Source: Azolla caroliniana (taxonomy: Eukaryota > Plantae > Polypodiophyta). From it: 64,000 bases of DNA. The notes below the pieces were generated by a model. It was given only the letters and a program-made list of their open reading frames with translations, searched no databases and was not told the DNA's origin. Position numbers and translations under genes: made by a program. Positions 63,862-64,000 of the stretch are shown here, one piece after another. Location: assembly GCA_043228905.1 (NCBI GenBank), contig JBHGNT010000014.1, positions 6,076,001 through 6,140,000 on the forward strand, given 5' to 3'. The number at the start of each line of letters is the position of its first letter. Positions within the stretch are counted from its first letter, which is position 1.

Positions 63862-64000
63862 ATAGGAGTACCCGGCAATGGAAGACCCGGTGAGAACCGG
63901 ATGTGGAGTACCCAACAACGGAAGACCCGGTGAGAACTGGATGACGAGTGCCCGGCAAGAGCCGGATGGTGAAGGCCCGGTGAGAACTGCTCACCGGATG

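Larger units (their letters stand above)
48721..64000 (+). mobile_element. Copia family A copy 4, most of RT deleted; 3' LTR split by Copia E and running off the window
   Basis: 5' LTR ~48721-49335, PBS 49339-49350, gag/PR/INT/RH to 52556, PPT 52555-52564, 3' LTR 52567-52599 plus 63867-64000. Confidence 0.88.

Overview
Eukaryotic, plant-type heterochromatic window, inferred to be a non-seed land plant such as a fern or lycophyte. It has no intact host gene. The left ~6.6 kb is a degenerate, intron-containing DNA transposon with a Sola2-like 'HGK' DDE transposase and tandem-repeat arrays. The rest is a deep nest of Ty1/Copia and Ty3/Gypsy LTR retrotransposons whose LTRs, primer-binding sites (PBS), polypurine tracts (PPT) and target-site duplications (TSD) can mostly be read directly. 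Four observations stand out. (1) Two sibling non-autonomous LTR elements (30425-33654 and 34727-42808) have no gag/pol of their own and carry different sets of captured host-gene fragments (KCS, FRIGIDA-like, EF-1alpha, SDI1/MS5-type TPR, Aurora kinase). (2) In these two elements and in the Gypsy element that hosts them, the position of the PPT is occupied by a sequence resembling a tRNA 3' end (consensus ...TCCCACAGGCGTGCCA), an inverted copy of the PBS, which suggests unusual plus-strand priming. (3) A Gypsy lineage inserted three times at CCGG, with a 4-bp TSD where both flanks are visible. (4) That lineage has a candidate -1 frameshift site plus pseudoknot between protease and RT. Family and tRNA assignments are from motif recognition only, with no database search.
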